Assembly (NCBI GenBank): GCA_000995965.1 | Contig: LBYD01000002.1 | Span: 71,889 to 135,888, forward strand | Direction of reading: 5' to 3' | Source of the DNA: Candidatus Moranbacteria bacterium GW2011_GWC2_40_12 | Lineage (GTDB): Bacteria > Patescibacteriota > Minisyncoccia > Moranbacterales > UBA11712 | Length of the DNA: 64,000 nucleotides | Shown here: positions 49,214 through 60,161 of the stretch, piece after piece | Layout of the letters: each line of letters starts with the position of its first letter | Position numbering within the stretch: the stretch's first letter is position 1 | Notes under the pieces: model-generated | Databases searched by the model: none | What the model saw: the letters and a program-made list of their open reading frames with translations, nothing else | What the model was told of the DNA's origin: nothing | Made by a program: the position numbers and the translations under genes

Positions 49214-49780
49214 ATGTTTGAAGAAATAAATTTTCCCGGCCAGCACGAACAAGAGAAAATCATCTTATTTCTTCGCCGCCACTGGTTTATATTTTTGATG
49301 CGTATCATCCTTATCCTGATTTCGATCATTGCACTTGTGATGATTTATTTTTTCTTCAGTACAGATGATCCCAACCTCAAAGAAAGCACCTATTATAACC
49401 TTCTTCTTTTCGGCGAGAGTCTGGCCACCCTTTTTATTTGGAATTTCTTTTTCATTATGTGGCTCGACTTTTATCTCGACGCCTGGATTGTCACCGACGA
49501 GCGAATAATAAACATCGAACAGCGGGGTTTTTTCACAAGAAAAATTTCAGAACTTAAGCTCACCAAAATCCAGGACGTCTCTTCAGAGATTATTGGCGCG
49601 ATTCCCACCCTATTGAATTATGGAAATATTCACGTTCAAACGGCCGGAGAGAAAGAGCATTTTGTTTTTATCCAGATACCTGATCCTAATTATGTGAAGA
49701 GCGTAATTGTCGAACTTCAGGAGAAAGAAAGAGTTTCCGAAGAAAAAGAGCTGGGAAAAATCATCAGAGGAGGGAAATGA
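49214..49780 (+). CDS. Bacterial PH-domain membrane protein
   Basis: LRRHW, WIVTDERII...KIQDVS...LNYGNIHVQTAG. Confidence 0.85.
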   Translation: MFEEINFPGQHEQEKIILFLRRHWFIFLMRIILILISIIALVMIYFFFSTDDPNLKESTYYNLLLFGESLATLFIWNFFFIMWLDFYLDAWIVTDERIINIEQRGFFTRKISELKLTKIQDVSSEIIGAIPTLLNYGNIHVQTAGEKEHFVFIQIPDPNYVKSVIVELQEKERVSEEKELGKIIRGGK

Positions 49781-49917
49781 GTCCAGATTTTCTATTCAGG
49801 CAAATATCATTTGTCAAGATTGGATCTATACTTAAAGCCTCGGCCAATGTTTGGGCTGAACCAAACAAAAATAATATATTTTCTGGCAGCTATTTTTGAG
49901 CTGTTTTTGTTTATACG

Positions 49918-51216
49918 ATGATATACAAACATTCGTATTTCAAATTAGACGCCGAAAGCAAAAAGGTCTTTGATGAAAACAATAAAGAGCTGGCGCTAAC
50001 GGGCAACGCTTATCGTTTGCTTGTTTTCTTGTGTGATAAAAGAAATGCCACCATAACTGACATAAATGACTATTTCGATCCGGCAGGAGCCAAAGACTAT
50101 ACTGGAAATCATATCCGGCAGTATCGATATAAAATACATTCCATTATAGGCTATGGAATAATTGCCTATAAAAACAATATCTATTCAATAAATGGTACGA
50201 TCTCAAAATATAGAAATAACGCGGATTTAGAGTTGGCCACCATAAAAATACAGGAGTCTGAAAAAAATCAGGCGGAAAAAGAGACAGAAAAAAATGAGTT
50301 TGAAACATCTCGACGAAAAAGAAATAAATTGTCCAAAAAAGAAAAACTGGTTATTCCGTCCTTATTAGTCTTTTTGATAATTTTTAGCACGGTTGTTCTG
50401 AAAGATAAAAATAAAAATTACGGTATAGCTAAAAAATCAAATCTAGTCAACGAAATAGCGGAAAATTCGAATTTAAAGCCTCAAGGTGACATGCTATTGA
50501 TTCCGGCCGGGGAATTTTTCATGGGAAGCACCGAGAAACAAGCCATTGAAGCCTGGCGAAAAAATGACGGCGGTTATGATAAGGAGGATTATCTGGCGGA
50601 ATATCCCCAGCGAAAAATAATGCTTGGAAATTTTTATATCGATAAGAAAGAAGTGTCCAACAGCGACTATAAAATGTTTGTCGATGCACGAAACCATATT
50701 GCTCCCGCGCTTTGGAGCGATCAAAATCTCAATTCGCCGAGCCTTCCCGTTGTTGGAGTTGACTGGAATGATGCTGAGGCTTTTTGCCGATGGCTTGGGA
50801 AAAGATTGCCCACTGAAGCCGAATGGGAAAAAGCCGCTCGCGGACCAGACGGAAGAATTTGGCCTTGGGGAAATGCATGGGATCCGGCCAAGGATAATCA
50901 CGGCATGGGCACTGAATATGGCTTTGATGAAAGTGACGGTTACAAATACACCGCGCCTGTCGGCACTGAACTTGGCGTCAGTCCTTATGGAGCTTTGAAT
51001 ATGGCAGGTAATGTCTATGAATGGGTAGCTGATGATTTCAACGCTTATCCGGAAAATGACAAATATTCCCAGCAAGATTTCAATAAAGGATTCAAAGTTT
51101 TCAAAGGGGGGGCATATACCGATGGCCAAAGCGATCAACGTCCTGCCTCAAGAATTGGCTACCAAAAGGATTATAAGGATGTTGATATCGGTTTTCGTTG
51201 CGCGAAAAATGAGTAA
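49918..51216 (+). CDS. wHTH + TM + formylglycine-generating-enzyme (CLec) domain protein
   Basis: OmpR-C-like N-terminus and one TM helix, followed by IPAGEFFMGS, PVVGVDWNDAEAFC, RLPTEAEWEKAARG, NMAGNVYEWV and GFRCA. Confidence 0.85.
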   Translation: MIYKHSYFKLDAESKKVFDENNKELALTGNAYRLLVFLCDKRNATITDINDYFDPAGAKDYTGNHIRQYRYKIHSIIGYGIIAYKNNIYSINGTISKYRNNADLELATIKIQESEKNQAEKETEKNEFETSRRKRNKLSKKEKLVIPSLLVFLIIFSTVVLKDKNKNYGIAKKSNLVNEIAENSNLKPQGDMLLIPAGEFFMGSTEKQAIEAWRKNDGGYDKEDYLAEYPQRKIMLGNFYIDKKEVSNSDYKMFVDARNHIAPALWSDQNLNSPSLPVVGVDWNDAEAFCRWLGKRLPTEAEWEKAARGPDGRIWPWGNAWDPAKDNHGMGTEYGFDESDGYKYTAPVGTELGVSPYGALNMAGNVYEWVADDFNAYPENDKYSQQDFNKGFKVFKGGAYTDGQSDQRPASRIGYQKDYKDVDIGFRCAKNE

Positions 51217-51324
51217 TACGTCATAGAAAATTCACTTTAAACAAAACTTTTATTGCCGTAATACGAGTTTATTACGGTCTTTTTTGTTAGGATGCGCGCA
51301 GGATTAATTATTAATAAAAATCCT

Positions 51325-53709
51325 ATGAAAAAGTTTCTTATCGCTAGCCTGATAGCTACAAGTGCACTTGGCTTTCTTGCTTTAGAAAATCCCGCTAAAG
51401 CCGATTCTGGGCCGCATATTGTTATTAATGAAATCCAACTCTCCGGTGCGCTCAGCAATGACGAATTTATCGAATTGTTCAATCCCGCTGATGATCCGAT
51501 TGATCTAGAAGGATATAAATTGAGTAAAAAGACCAAAACAGGCAGTTCGGAAAGCATTCTTATCAGCACAACTAAATTTCTGGGAACCATTCAGGCACAC
51601 GGATATTTTCTGGTTGCCCATCCAAATTACCAAGATGCAATTTTCGCCGATCTCCCTTATTCTGGTTCTACTTACTATATTTCGGGCGACAATACCGTCT
51701 TTTTGTATGATAAAGACGGAATACTTTTAGATAAGGTCGGCTTTGGAGCAGTGGATTATGCAAATTCTGAAAGCAAACCGGCGATAAATCCTGATGCTAA
51801 TCAGAGCCTATGCAGAACAAATTTCATAGACACGGATGACAATGCAGCTGATTTTTCAATATCTAACTCTCCCTCACCTCAAAACAGCAGTTTTGCTGGA
51901 AGCAACAATGAAGAACTTTCGGATTTAGATGACGGAGAATCACCGGCAGATATTGAAGATGTTGGAGATATTGAAGATGCTTTTTCGGACGCATCGGGCT
52001 CTTGCGTTTCGGAATCACCAGACATAAATCTCAATGAAATTTTTCCATATCCGGCCAGTGGAGAAGAATTTGTCGAAGTCATAAACACCGGAGAAAGCTG
52101 TGTGGATGTTTCCGGCTGGAAAATAATGGATGAATCCGGTCATAAAAAGGAATTTCCGGAAAATTCAACAATAGGACCAGGAGAGTATTTTTTTCTTAAG
52201 GGAAATTTTTATCTCAACAATGATTCTGATACGGTATATCTTCTGAATCGAGAAGCAGATACAAAAAATGACGCACTGGATAGTATCCGATATGAAAAGA
52301 CCCGGAAGAACTATTCTTTCAGCTTGGGCGGAGAAAATTGGCGCTGGACATCCGAATTTACTCCTGGAGATGAGAATACTTTTGATTCTTCCGAGAGCGC
52401 TGGAAACAAAGATGAAAGTATTGCCGACTCGGGAAAAGCAAGCTTAACGGACTCTGAAAATGTATATATCAATGAAATCCTTGCCAATCCCAAGGACGGG
52501 TCGGCCGATGAGTATATAGAAATAGTCAATGGCGAAAGCGGCCCAGTTGATTTGCACGGTTGGATGATTCGCGACGACTCGAAATCAGGGAAATACGTTT
52601 TCAAAGAGCATGTGGAGATCGGACCCGGAGGATATCTTGCGCTATATAAATCCGAATCAAAAATCTCGCTAAACAATTCCAAGGAGTCTGTTTATTTATA
52701 TAACCCCGCAGGAAAAATCGTTTCCAGCGCTTCCTATGAAAAATCCCAAAAAAATGCCTCTTACAATTTCGACGGAAAAAACTGGAAATGGAGCAAATAT
52801 CTCACTCCCGGCGAGACAAACAAGTTTGATTCCCAGCCGTCGGTGAAAATCAAAAAACCAAAAAAAGCATTCAAAGATCTTTTTACTGAATTTTCCGCCA
52901 AGGCCAAAGACAAAGAAACAAAGAAGCTCAAATACATCTGGGATTTCGGTGACGGGAAGAAAAGCTATCTCGCGAAGACTTCCCACAAATATCAGGGCAC
53001 CGGAAAATACACTGTGACACTGACCGTCAGCGATGATTCCCAAACAATTGAGAAAAGCTTCACAATCTCGGTGAAAAATTATCCCCTGCCCGATCTCGAG
53101 ATCGTGAAAATTGTGCCTAATCCCACCGGAGCGGATTCGAACAATGAAACAATTGATCTCAAAAACAGTTCTGGAAAGAAAGTTGACCTTCAGGGCTGGA
53201 AAATTGCGACGGGAGCGGAAGAAAAAGTGTATAACCATCCGCTAAGCGACGGAATAGCTCTAGGCCCGGGTGAAATAAAAACTATTACCCGCGAAGTGTC
53301 CAGATTTTCTCTCAACAACAAAGCCGGGAAAGTGCGCCTTATCTCCCCCGACGACAAAATCGCGGATGAAGTTGAATATTCAAAAGACAAAATCGCCGAA
53401 GGCGAGGCTTATGTGAAAACCAACGAGGAATGGCGATGGATCTCTCCGCCGGATAATTCTTCAAAAAAAGAGGACCCTTCCAAAGAAGATTCTAGTGATG
53501 TTGAAAATGATGAGAATAACTCGAATGACAATGGAGATATCCTTGGCGCAATAGATGAAAATCAAACGGATTTCGCTCCAAAATTAACCCTGTATACTCC
53601 CGAAGATAAATTTATATTTCTCAAATTTTTCGGCCTATTGGGCTACAAACCGCAAGAAGAAAACTTCTGCCCCGTGAATCAATCGCCCATTAACCTTGCT
53701 TATTTCTGA
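51325..53709 (+). CDS. Secreted lamin-tail-domain repeat + PKD protein
   Basis: Signal peptide; four INE(I)...E(F/Y)IE...DL.GW units; WDFGDG...H.Y...GKYTVTLTV PKD motif. Confidence 0.85.
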   Translation: MKKFLIASLIATSALGFLALENPAKADSGPHIVINEIQLSGALSNDEFIELFNPADDPIDLEGYKLSKKTKTGSSESILISTTKFLGTIQAHGYFLVAHPNYQDAIFADLPYSGSTYYISGDNTVFLYDKDGILLDKVGFGAVDYANSESKPAINPDANQSLCRTNFIDTDDNAADFSISNSPSPQNSSFAGSNNEELSDLDDGESPADIEDVGDIEDAFSDASGSCVSESPDINLNEIFPYPASGEEFVEVINTGESCVDVSGWKIMDESGHKKEFPENSTIGPGEYFFLKGNFYLNNDSDTVYLLNREADTKNDALDSIRYEKTRKNYSFSLGGENWRWTSEFTPGDENTFDSSESAGNKDESIADSGKASLTDSENVYINEILANPKDGSADEYIEIVNGESGPVDLHGWMIRDDSKSGKYVFKEHVEIGPGGYLALYKSESKISLNNSKESVYLYNPAGKIVSSASYEKSQKNASYNFDGKNWKWSKYLTPGETNKFDSQPSVKIKKPKKAFKDLFTEFSAKAKDKETKKLKYIWDFGDGKKSYLAKTSHKYQGTGKYTVTLTVSDDSQTIEKSFTISVKNYPLPDLEIVKIVPNPTGADSNNETIDLKNSSGKKVDLQGWKIATGAEEKVYNHPLSDGIALGPGEIKTITREVSRFSLNNKAGKVRLISPDDKIADEVEYSKDKIAEGEAYVKTNEEWRWISPPDNSSKKEDPSKEDSSDVENDENNSNDNGDILGAIDENQTDFAPKLTLYTPEDKFIFLKFFGLLGYKPQEENFCPVNQSPINLAYF

Positions 53710-53758
53710 AAATAACCTTCAACAAATAATTCGCTCCTATTCGCTTTTAATTCGCTCT

Positions 53759-54760
53759 TTATTTGCGAGTGTTTAACGTCGTTATCGGCCGCGATTGCGT
53801 AATGTAGAAATTCCCCTTTTCGAGCGCCCATTCGATGTCTTGAGGTTTTTTATAATGTTTTTCAACTCTATCGCAAAGTTTGGCTAATTCGACAATTTGC
53901 TTACTGGTCAGTTTCTGCTGATTTTGTTTTTTTCTTGAAACCGGCTTCCATTCTACACCTTCGCCTTTCTTTTTTATAATCATCCTTGATTGTTCGGAAA
54001 AATTTATATCAATGTTGCTAAATTCTCTTTTGTTCACCACATATGTGTCCGGCGTGATTTGGCCCGACACAATCGCTTCTCCCAGCCCATATCCAGCTTC
54101 AATCACCATTTGGTTTTTGTCTTCCGTCACCGGATGCACCGTAAAACAAACTCCGGAAATTTCCGACTGGACCATTTTTTGAACGACTACCGCGACGCTC
54201 ACCGGATAGGAATCTTTGATTTTTGATGTCCCAGCCCGAATTTTTTGCTGGTGCTTTTTTGAAAATACCCCTTTTTCAAAGGCGTAGAACAAGGCCCTTT
54301 GCGTAAAAAGCGACGACCAGCATTTTTTGATGTTTTCAAAAATATTTTTTTCGGTAGTGTTGAGATAGGTTTCGAGCTCGCCCGCCCAGGAAGCAACCGC
54401 CGAATCTTCGGCCGTTGCGCTGCTGCGTACCGCAACGTGCGGAGCTTTTAGTTTTTTGAATTCGGCTAAAAATAATTTGGCGAGATCTTTCGGCATGGGA
54501 ACGTCATGAATCATATCTCGGATTTCATGCGATGCTCTGTCCACCGAACTCATATCCTTATAATTTATTTTTTTTAGTATTGAAACAATATCAACTCCAA
54601 GATCCGTTTCTTCCAAAAAACGGTCGAAGGCGTCAATGATAATCACAAATCCCGGCGGGACCGAAATCCCCGCCTGTGTCATTTCTCCCAACGATGCACC
54701 TTTCCCGCCGGCAATTCCGACATCTTTTTTTGAGATTTCTTTGAATGTTTTTGTGAACAT
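53759..54760 (-). CDS. Stand-alone PEP synthase/PPDK N-terminal ATP-grasp (nucleotide-binding) subunit
   Basis: GGKGASLGEM, VAVRSSATAED, AVVVQKMV, GLGEAIVSG, PQDIEWA and QSRPITT, then stop; no His or PEP-binding domain. Confidence 0.92.
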   Translation of the reverse strand: MFTKTFKEISKKDVGIAGGKGASLGEMTQAGISVPPGFVIIIDAFDRFLEETDLGVDIVSILKKINYKDMSSVDRASHEIRDMIHDVPMPKDLAKLFLAEFKKLKAPHVAVRSSATAEDSAVASWAGELETYLNTTEKNIFENIKKCWSSLFTQRALFYAFEKGVFSKKHQQKIRAGTSKIKDSYPVSVAVVVQKMVQSEISGVCFTVHPVTEDKNQMVIEAGYGLGEAIVSGQITPDTYVVNKREFSNIDINFSEQSRMIIKKKGEGVEWKPVSRKKQNQQKLTSKQIVELAKLCDRVEKHYKKPQDIEWALEKGNFYITQSRPITTLNTRK

Positions 54761-54772
54761 AATATTGGATTT

Positions 54773-55528
54773 TTATTTTTTAACTGTCAAAAGCGCTTCG
54801 AGATGCTGCCGCTGCGAAACTTCAACATCCCGGAATCCAATTTCTTGGAGCATTTTTACGAGTTCCCCCTCTCGCATGATAACACCAGGCTGCATATCCC
54901 CTTCGTAATGCCTAATCCATTCTTTTCTTTTTTCTTCATCCGGAATATTTTGAAACTGTTCGTTCGCGTATTTGATCTCTTTTTGAAATATATCCTCGTC
55001 ATCCGGCATAATCTTGTCCGCGGTGATGAATTCACCTCCAGGTTTCAAAACCCGATAAATTTCTTTTAGGACCGCTCTTCTATAATCATTTCTGAAATTA
55101 TGAATCGTGAATCCAGACGCGACTATCGAAACGGAATTATCCGGAATTTTTTTCAAAAATTTCAGCGCGTCATCTTGGCGAAGCTCGATCCTACCTTCCT
55201 TAATATATTGTCCCAAATTTTCCTGCGCTTGGCGAATCATCCCCGCGTCGTTGTCAGCACCGATAATTTTGACATTTGCATTGGCTTTGAGAATTTCTTC
55301 CGCCGTGAAGCCCTTTCCAGTCCCAATTTCCACGATTTCTGAAAAACCATCCGCATCAAGCTCTGGACTTTCAATATTTTTGACTGCCTTTGCCACTTCG
55401 CCTCCAACTAAACTCTGCATCTCGTCATGATGCGGCATGGCATAGCGGATTGTTTCCAGCTCCTGAAGCCTCGCAAACCGCTGATTAGGAATGATATTTT
55501 CATTTTCGTCTTTTTCCTCAAGAGTCAT
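54773..55528 (-). CDS. Class I SAM-dependent methyltransferase
   Basis: VEIGTGKG, GADND.GM, SGFTIHN and LKPGG.F. Confidence 0.9.
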   Translation of the reverse strand: MTLEEKDENENIIPNQRFARLQELETIRYAMPHHDEMQSLVGGEVAKAVKNIESPELDADGFSEIVEIGTGKGFTAEEILKANANVKIIGADNDAGMIRQAQENLGQYIKEGRIELRQDDALKFLKKIPDNSVSIVASGFTIHNFRNDYRRAVLKEIYRVLKPGGEFITADKIMPDDEDIFQKEIKYANEQFQNIPDEEKRKEWIRHYEGDMQPGVIMREGELVKMLQEIGFRDVEVSQRQHLEALLTVKK

Positions 55529-55530
55529 AA

Positions 55531-56946
55531 TTATTTTCTTTTCAAAATTTTCACAACCCCCTTATCCGCATCCACCTCCACCAGATCGCCATCTTTGATA
55601 ACGTCCGTCGCGACGTGAGTTCCAACTAAGCAGGGTATTTTTAGCTCCCGAGAAATAATCGCCGCGTGTGACAGCAGGCCTCCTTCGTTCGTTACCAGAG
55701 CACTTGCCTTGCCGGCTATATCCATAACATTCGGCTGGGTCATTTGGGTCACAAGGATCTGCCCTTTTCGGAATTCTTTTCTTAAGCGTCTTGCATTTTC
55801 AATATCACCGGATAGTAAAATTTTTGCAACACCTCTAGCAATTCCAGAATTCGCCGAAATGCCTTTTATTTCATTGGTTTTAGCTATTTCATACAGCTCT
55901 TTTAGCTCTCTCTTCGCTAGTTTTTCAGCTTGAATGCCTGATTTGTATATGGCCCTGTTGTTTTTCCACAACACAGCGAAGCTTTTTTTTCTGTCCTTCC
56001 TTTCCTTTTCGGACAATTTTTTTCCTCTTATTAAAACTGCCTGAATATCTTTGAGAAGATATATTTTCTCTAAATTCACGATGGACTCGCCCGTTCTTTT
56101 CCCGATTTCTTCGAACAGGGGGATACAATTATAGTCGCTTCCCGCCCAAAGAGATTTTATTCTCATTCTTGCTAGCGCGAATTTTTGCAATACATCAACT
56201 AATTGCTTAATATTATTATACTTTTTTATAATTTTAGCCTGCTCCTGCCTCAACTTTTTCTTCTCTGCAATTATATTTTTTAACTTTTTATTTTTTTTGT
56301 CTTGCCTAAACCTTTCATTTATCGTATCTTGCGCTTCTTGTCTTGTTGAGTGAAAAAAAACAAGCCAGGGGTATTTTTCCAGATGACTGTTTATCATTTT
56401 CCTTGAAAAAGGTTTTATTAGAATTTTCTGCCAATCAATGAGCTCCTTATTGACTTCGTCTAATTCGACTGGCGTCATGAGCGCCAAAGCGTCTTTTTTT
56501 GAAACAGATTTTTCTAATTCCTTAACCAAATAATGCATCCCTTCTGCTTGCGTAACCTTGAATATCCCTATCGCGTATGACCATAATTTCACTGATTTTT
56601 CAACATATTTCAGCAAGGCTAGGTTTGACAGCTTTCTAAAATTTGCTTTTCTCAATTCTTTGTAAAAAGAATCGTATTCCCGACAAAATTTCTCTACTAT
56701 ACGAAAATAATTATCAATAGATTTTTTCTTGAGAAATATTTTCCCTTTCTCTGTGTTTGCTTTGAAATCTTTTTTGGAATAATAGTATGAAATATTATTA
56801 TTCCGGGAAATAGCAAAAGCTCGTTCAATTTTATTCCATGGGACAACCGCCTTGTATTTCGAATAAGAAATAATCTGATTCTGAAGCGTCTGGTGAAACT
56901 GAAAAGCGCTCCAAAAATATTTGTATGGAGATTTGCTCTTTTTCAT
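55531..56946 (-). CDS. Helical domain + PEP-utilizer mobile (phospho-His swivel) protein
   Basis: C-terminal GQILVTQMTQP...VTNEGGLLSHAAIISRELKIPC...GDLVEVDA. Confidence 0.9.
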   Translation of the reverse strand: MKKSKSPYKYFWSAFQFHQTLQNQIISYSKYKAVVPWNKIERAFAISRNNNISYYYSKKDFKANTEKGKIFLKKKSIDNYFRIVEKFCREYDSFYKELRKANFRKLSNLALLKYVEKSVKLWSYAIGIFKVTQAEGMHYLVKELEKSVSKKDALALMTPVELDEVNKELIDWQKILIKPFSRKMINSHLEKYPWLVFFHSTRQEAQDTINERFRQDKKNKKLKNIIAEKKKLRQEQAKIIKKYNNIKQLVDVLQKFALARMRIKSLWAGSDYNCIPLFEEIGKRTGESIVNLEKIYLLKDIQAVLIRGKKLSEKERKDRKKSFAVLWKNNRAIYKSGIQAEKLAKRELKELYEIAKTNEIKGISANSGIARGVAKILLSGDIENARRLRKEFRKGQILVTQMTQPNVMDIAGKASALVTNEGGLLSHAAIISRELKIPCLVGTHVATDVIKDGDLVEVDADKGVVKILKRK

Positions 56947-56966
56947 GAGAAAAAATTTAATCAGAA

Positions 56967-57899
56967 TTATTTAATCTCCTTCTCTTCAAAATCTCGGAAT
57001 TGCGCAATCACTTTTCCATCGTCATCTACTCGGAATCTTATTTCTTCGCAGTTTTTCATCTCAATTTCCTGGTTTCCGTTTTCTTTTTGGAAATATTCGT
57101 TCAGGAAGTAGCCAAAAACGTCCACATGGCTATTGCCGACAACCCTAATATTTTTGGAATGATTCAAGTGATTCTGCTGATGGACTTTTGCTCCATGTTC
57201 GATCAACTTGATAATTTGCGAAAACTGTTTTTCGAATTTGTCTTTTGCCGTGATTGCGTGAGGAAATAATTGCTGGATCGCTTCCGAATGGCGGTAATAA
57301 TTTCCCCACCAGGAACCCTGATCGTCCGCATTTATAATTTCCCGGGATTTCATCCATTTTTCTTTGACGTCTATTTCTTCAAGAGCTTCCCAATTGATGT
57401 CTGTCCGCAAATACTTGTCGGGATTATAAATCCCGATCAGGAGGGCATCCTTGACACTGAGTCCTAGCGCCCTGATAACTCTGATTTTTTCAAACGGAAT
57501 ATCCTGGACATGCTTTCCCGATCTTTTTTCTTCATCATGCCTTATTATTTCAAACCCTCTCCTTTCCGCTTCCTCAAGATATATTTTTGTCGTGCTCAAA
57601 GACCTGTCCTCCTCGCTCGAAAAAAACAAAAAAGCGTCCTTTTGCGGATCGAATTGGTCAAAAAATTTGACCGCCGCCTGCAGGGCAATTTCAATTCCTT
57701 GTTCCGTGAGATCAAAGACTTGATCCTTATAGTCAACCGGGCCGGTAGGTGTTTCTGATTTTTCAACGCGAGCATAGTTTTTATATTGGCTCGCCGAATG
57801 CCTGATTATATGGGCAGTAAACAAAGACTGTTTCTCGTCTTCCTTTTTTTCCGTTGCCGCATCAGCGATCACAGTTTCCCCTTCAATTTTTTTTAACAT
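56967..57899 (-). CDS. Histidine phosphatase superfamily-like protein
   Basis: IIRHS, SSEEDRSLST and VGNSH (the RH / R / H pattern). Confidence 0.6.
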   Translation of the reverse strand: MLKKIEGETVIADAATEKKEDEKQSLFTAHIIRHSASQYKNYARVEKSETPTGPVDYKDQVFDLTEQGIEIALQAAVKFFDQFDPQKDAFLFFSSEEDRSLSTTKIYLEEAERRGFEIIRHDEEKRSGKHVQDIPFEKIRVIRALGLSVKDALLIGIYNPDKYLRTDINWEALEEIDVKEKWMKSREIINADDQGSWWGNYYRHSEAIQQLFPHAITAKDKFEKQFSQIIKLIEHGAKVHQQNHLNHSKNIRVVGNSHVDVFGYFLNEYFQKENGNQEIEMKNCEEIRFRVDDDGKVIAQFRDFEEKEIK

Positions 57900-57964
57900 A
57901 AATTTAAACCTAAAAATTACCTGAAATATTTCAGCTTACAAATTCCGCTCTGCTTTCAAAAACA

Positions 57965-58561
57965 CTAAAAATCAAACTTCTTTTTTTCTTCCTGGCGTAA
58001 ACGATCGCTTAATCTTGCTCGATAATTTTGCACCAGATTTTTTATTAATTCTGGTCGCGACTCAATGTTGAAACCCAAATTTCTTAGATCATAACCTATG
58101 CTGTGTATTGCCCTTTGAATCATTTCTTCGTTGTAGATTATTTTTTCTCCGTCAGATTTCCTTGTTCTATCCTCGATTAATTCTGGTTTTATTTCCACTT
58201 CTGCAATATTTCCTTCTTTATCCACATATAATAGTTCGATGTAAGGATGCTTTATAAGCATAGCGGTTAGGCTGCCGAATCCCGGCACAATTCTTGATGT
58301 TGCTTCGGGTGGTAATTGCGGTATTTCATTTGCCAACATAACAATCTTTTTATGAAGTCGAATATAGCTCGCCAAATCCTTTGCTCTTCCTTCTTTTTCA
58401 AGCTTTTCCTGCATTTGCGGCATTTCCTCTTTTTTTCCGACAAGAATTGCCGCACCGCTGTCGGGGGTTTCGGATTCAAAACCCTCCTCATTGAGACCCT
58501 TTTTTACCTCCGGGTCGATTTCCATGTTTGGCATAGATTCTCCTCTTTCCTTATATGGCAT
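57965..58561 (-). CDS. Hypothetical protein
   Basis: 198-aa ORF co-oriented within the cluster; no motif recognised. Confidence 0.65.
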   Translation of the reverse strand: MPYKERGESMPNMEIDPEVKKGLNEEGFESETPDSGAAILVGKKEEMPQMQEKLEKEGRAKDLASYIRLHKKIVMLANEIPQLPPEATSRIVPGFGSLTAMLIKHPYIELLYVDKEGNIAEVEIKPELIEDRTRKSDGEKIIYNEEMIQRAIHSIGYDLRNLGFNIESRPELIKNLVQNYRARLSDRLRQEEKKKFDF

Positions 58562-58595
58562 GCTGCCAACTTCGGAAAGAAATAATTATGGTTGC

Positions 58596-60144
58596 TTAAA
58601 TTGTATACAAAACATCTTTCACGACAAGTCTTTCCCGCCCTTCCACGAATTTATCATATCCAAATTCAAGGTATTTTGAAAGAAACAGGGCTTCTTCTTT
58701 CGTTTTTATTTTGTAATCAGGATTATCCTTTTGTATTTTCGAAAATGCCGCGTCGGATACCAGTTTTTCCGCCAGTTCGGACAAAAGGCCGTCCGATTTT
58801 GTGTAGTTCATCCCGATTTTCATTCCGGCGCCGTTGGCAAACGGCACTTTCTCGCGATATGCAATATATTTCGGAAGACATTTTGAAGCTATTCTCCTGA
58901 GAATCATCTTTGTGAAATCTTTCCCCTTATATTTCCCAACTTTAAAAGAGCCAGGAAGCGACATGGCATATTTCACTATTTGCGTATCGAAGAAAGGGCA
59001 ACGGGTTTCAACCGCGTGTCTCATTGCCAATTTGTCAATCCTCATAAGATTCCCTTTTGACATGGAATCGAGAAGCATTTTGCATCCAAGATTGATTTTT
59101 GATTTATCAATTTCCAAAAATTCATTGTATCCGGCAAAAATTTCGTCAGATCCCTCGCCGGTGAGCACAACTTTGTATCCCAAATTATGTGCGAATTTTG
59201 ATATCACGTTATTGGCAAAGGAATGCCGGACTATATTTGGATCATACGTTTCGAGATGATATATGACGCCAGGCAATTCTTTTTCATAATCTATATCCGG
59301 ATCAACTATTTTATATTTCCATTTCTTTTTCCTGCATAAGCCGATAGCCGCCTTATAGTCCGACGAATCTTTGTATCCCAATATCAGAGCTGTCACATCC
59401 GGATGGAATCTTGTCGCAAGTTCCATCACAAGACTGCTGTCAACTCCTCCGCTTAAAAATACAGCTATCGGAAATGTTGTTTGCACTCGTTTTTTCACGG
59501 CATCTTCTATTAGGATAGACAACTCTTTTGAAGCATCTTCTCTGGTGATTTTCTTTTCCGTTACTGGCAAATGAAAATACTTGTGAAATTTTCCTTTGTA
59601 GAAATAATTTCCGGGAGGAAACTCGTGGATCTTTTTTATGCCGGGAAGACTGATTAGCGCTTTTATCTCTGATGCTAGATAAAAATTATTATTGTTGCAA
59701 AATGCGTAATAAAGAGGCTTGACACCCAGAGGATCGCGCGCCGCAAAAACTTTCTCTTTTTTCACGTCATAAACAGCGAAAGCAAACATTTCAGAATCAA
59801 TCTTAATGTACCATTTTCTCTTTGTATTCTTCCCATAAATGAGGCAAAATTTCGGTGTCGTTTTCCGTTTTGATGATATGACCAAGAGACCGAAGTCTTT
59901 TTGCGAGCTTCACATGATTGAAAATTTCGCCGTTCTGGGTCGCATAAATTGTTTTTTCTTCGTTTGCTTTCGGCTGTCTCCCGGACTCCTCATCTACGAT
60001 TGCAAGCCGATTAGCGCCAAGGGCAGCACCTTTAAAAACTTCGTATTCATAAGGGTGATTTCCCCGATGTTTGATCTCTGAAAGAGCTTTTTTGATCTTT
60101 TTTCTGTTATCCCTATGTGATCCTATTATGGCTATCCCGCACAT
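58596..60144 (-). pseudogene. asnB: Asparagine synthetase B-like amidotransferase, frameshifted
   Basis: MCGI, HRG, RLAIVD, NGEIFN and DTE are in one frame; RDPLGVKPLY, LSGGVDSS and TGEGSDEIFAGY are in another. One extra base at 59805-59806 separates them. Confidence 0.85.
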
Positions 60145-60161
60145 ATAGCTTTCGAAAATGA

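Noticed and set aside
51080-51216. DGR variable repeat at the FGE/CLec C-terminus
   Set aside because: I saw no template repeat or reverse transcriptase in this window; one elsewhere in the genome cannot be excluded.
53759-54760. Truncated ppsA pseudogene
   Set aside because: It ends cleanly at the domain boundary (QSRPITT) with motifs intact, a full ppsA exists in the window, and partner His-domain genes are adjacent.
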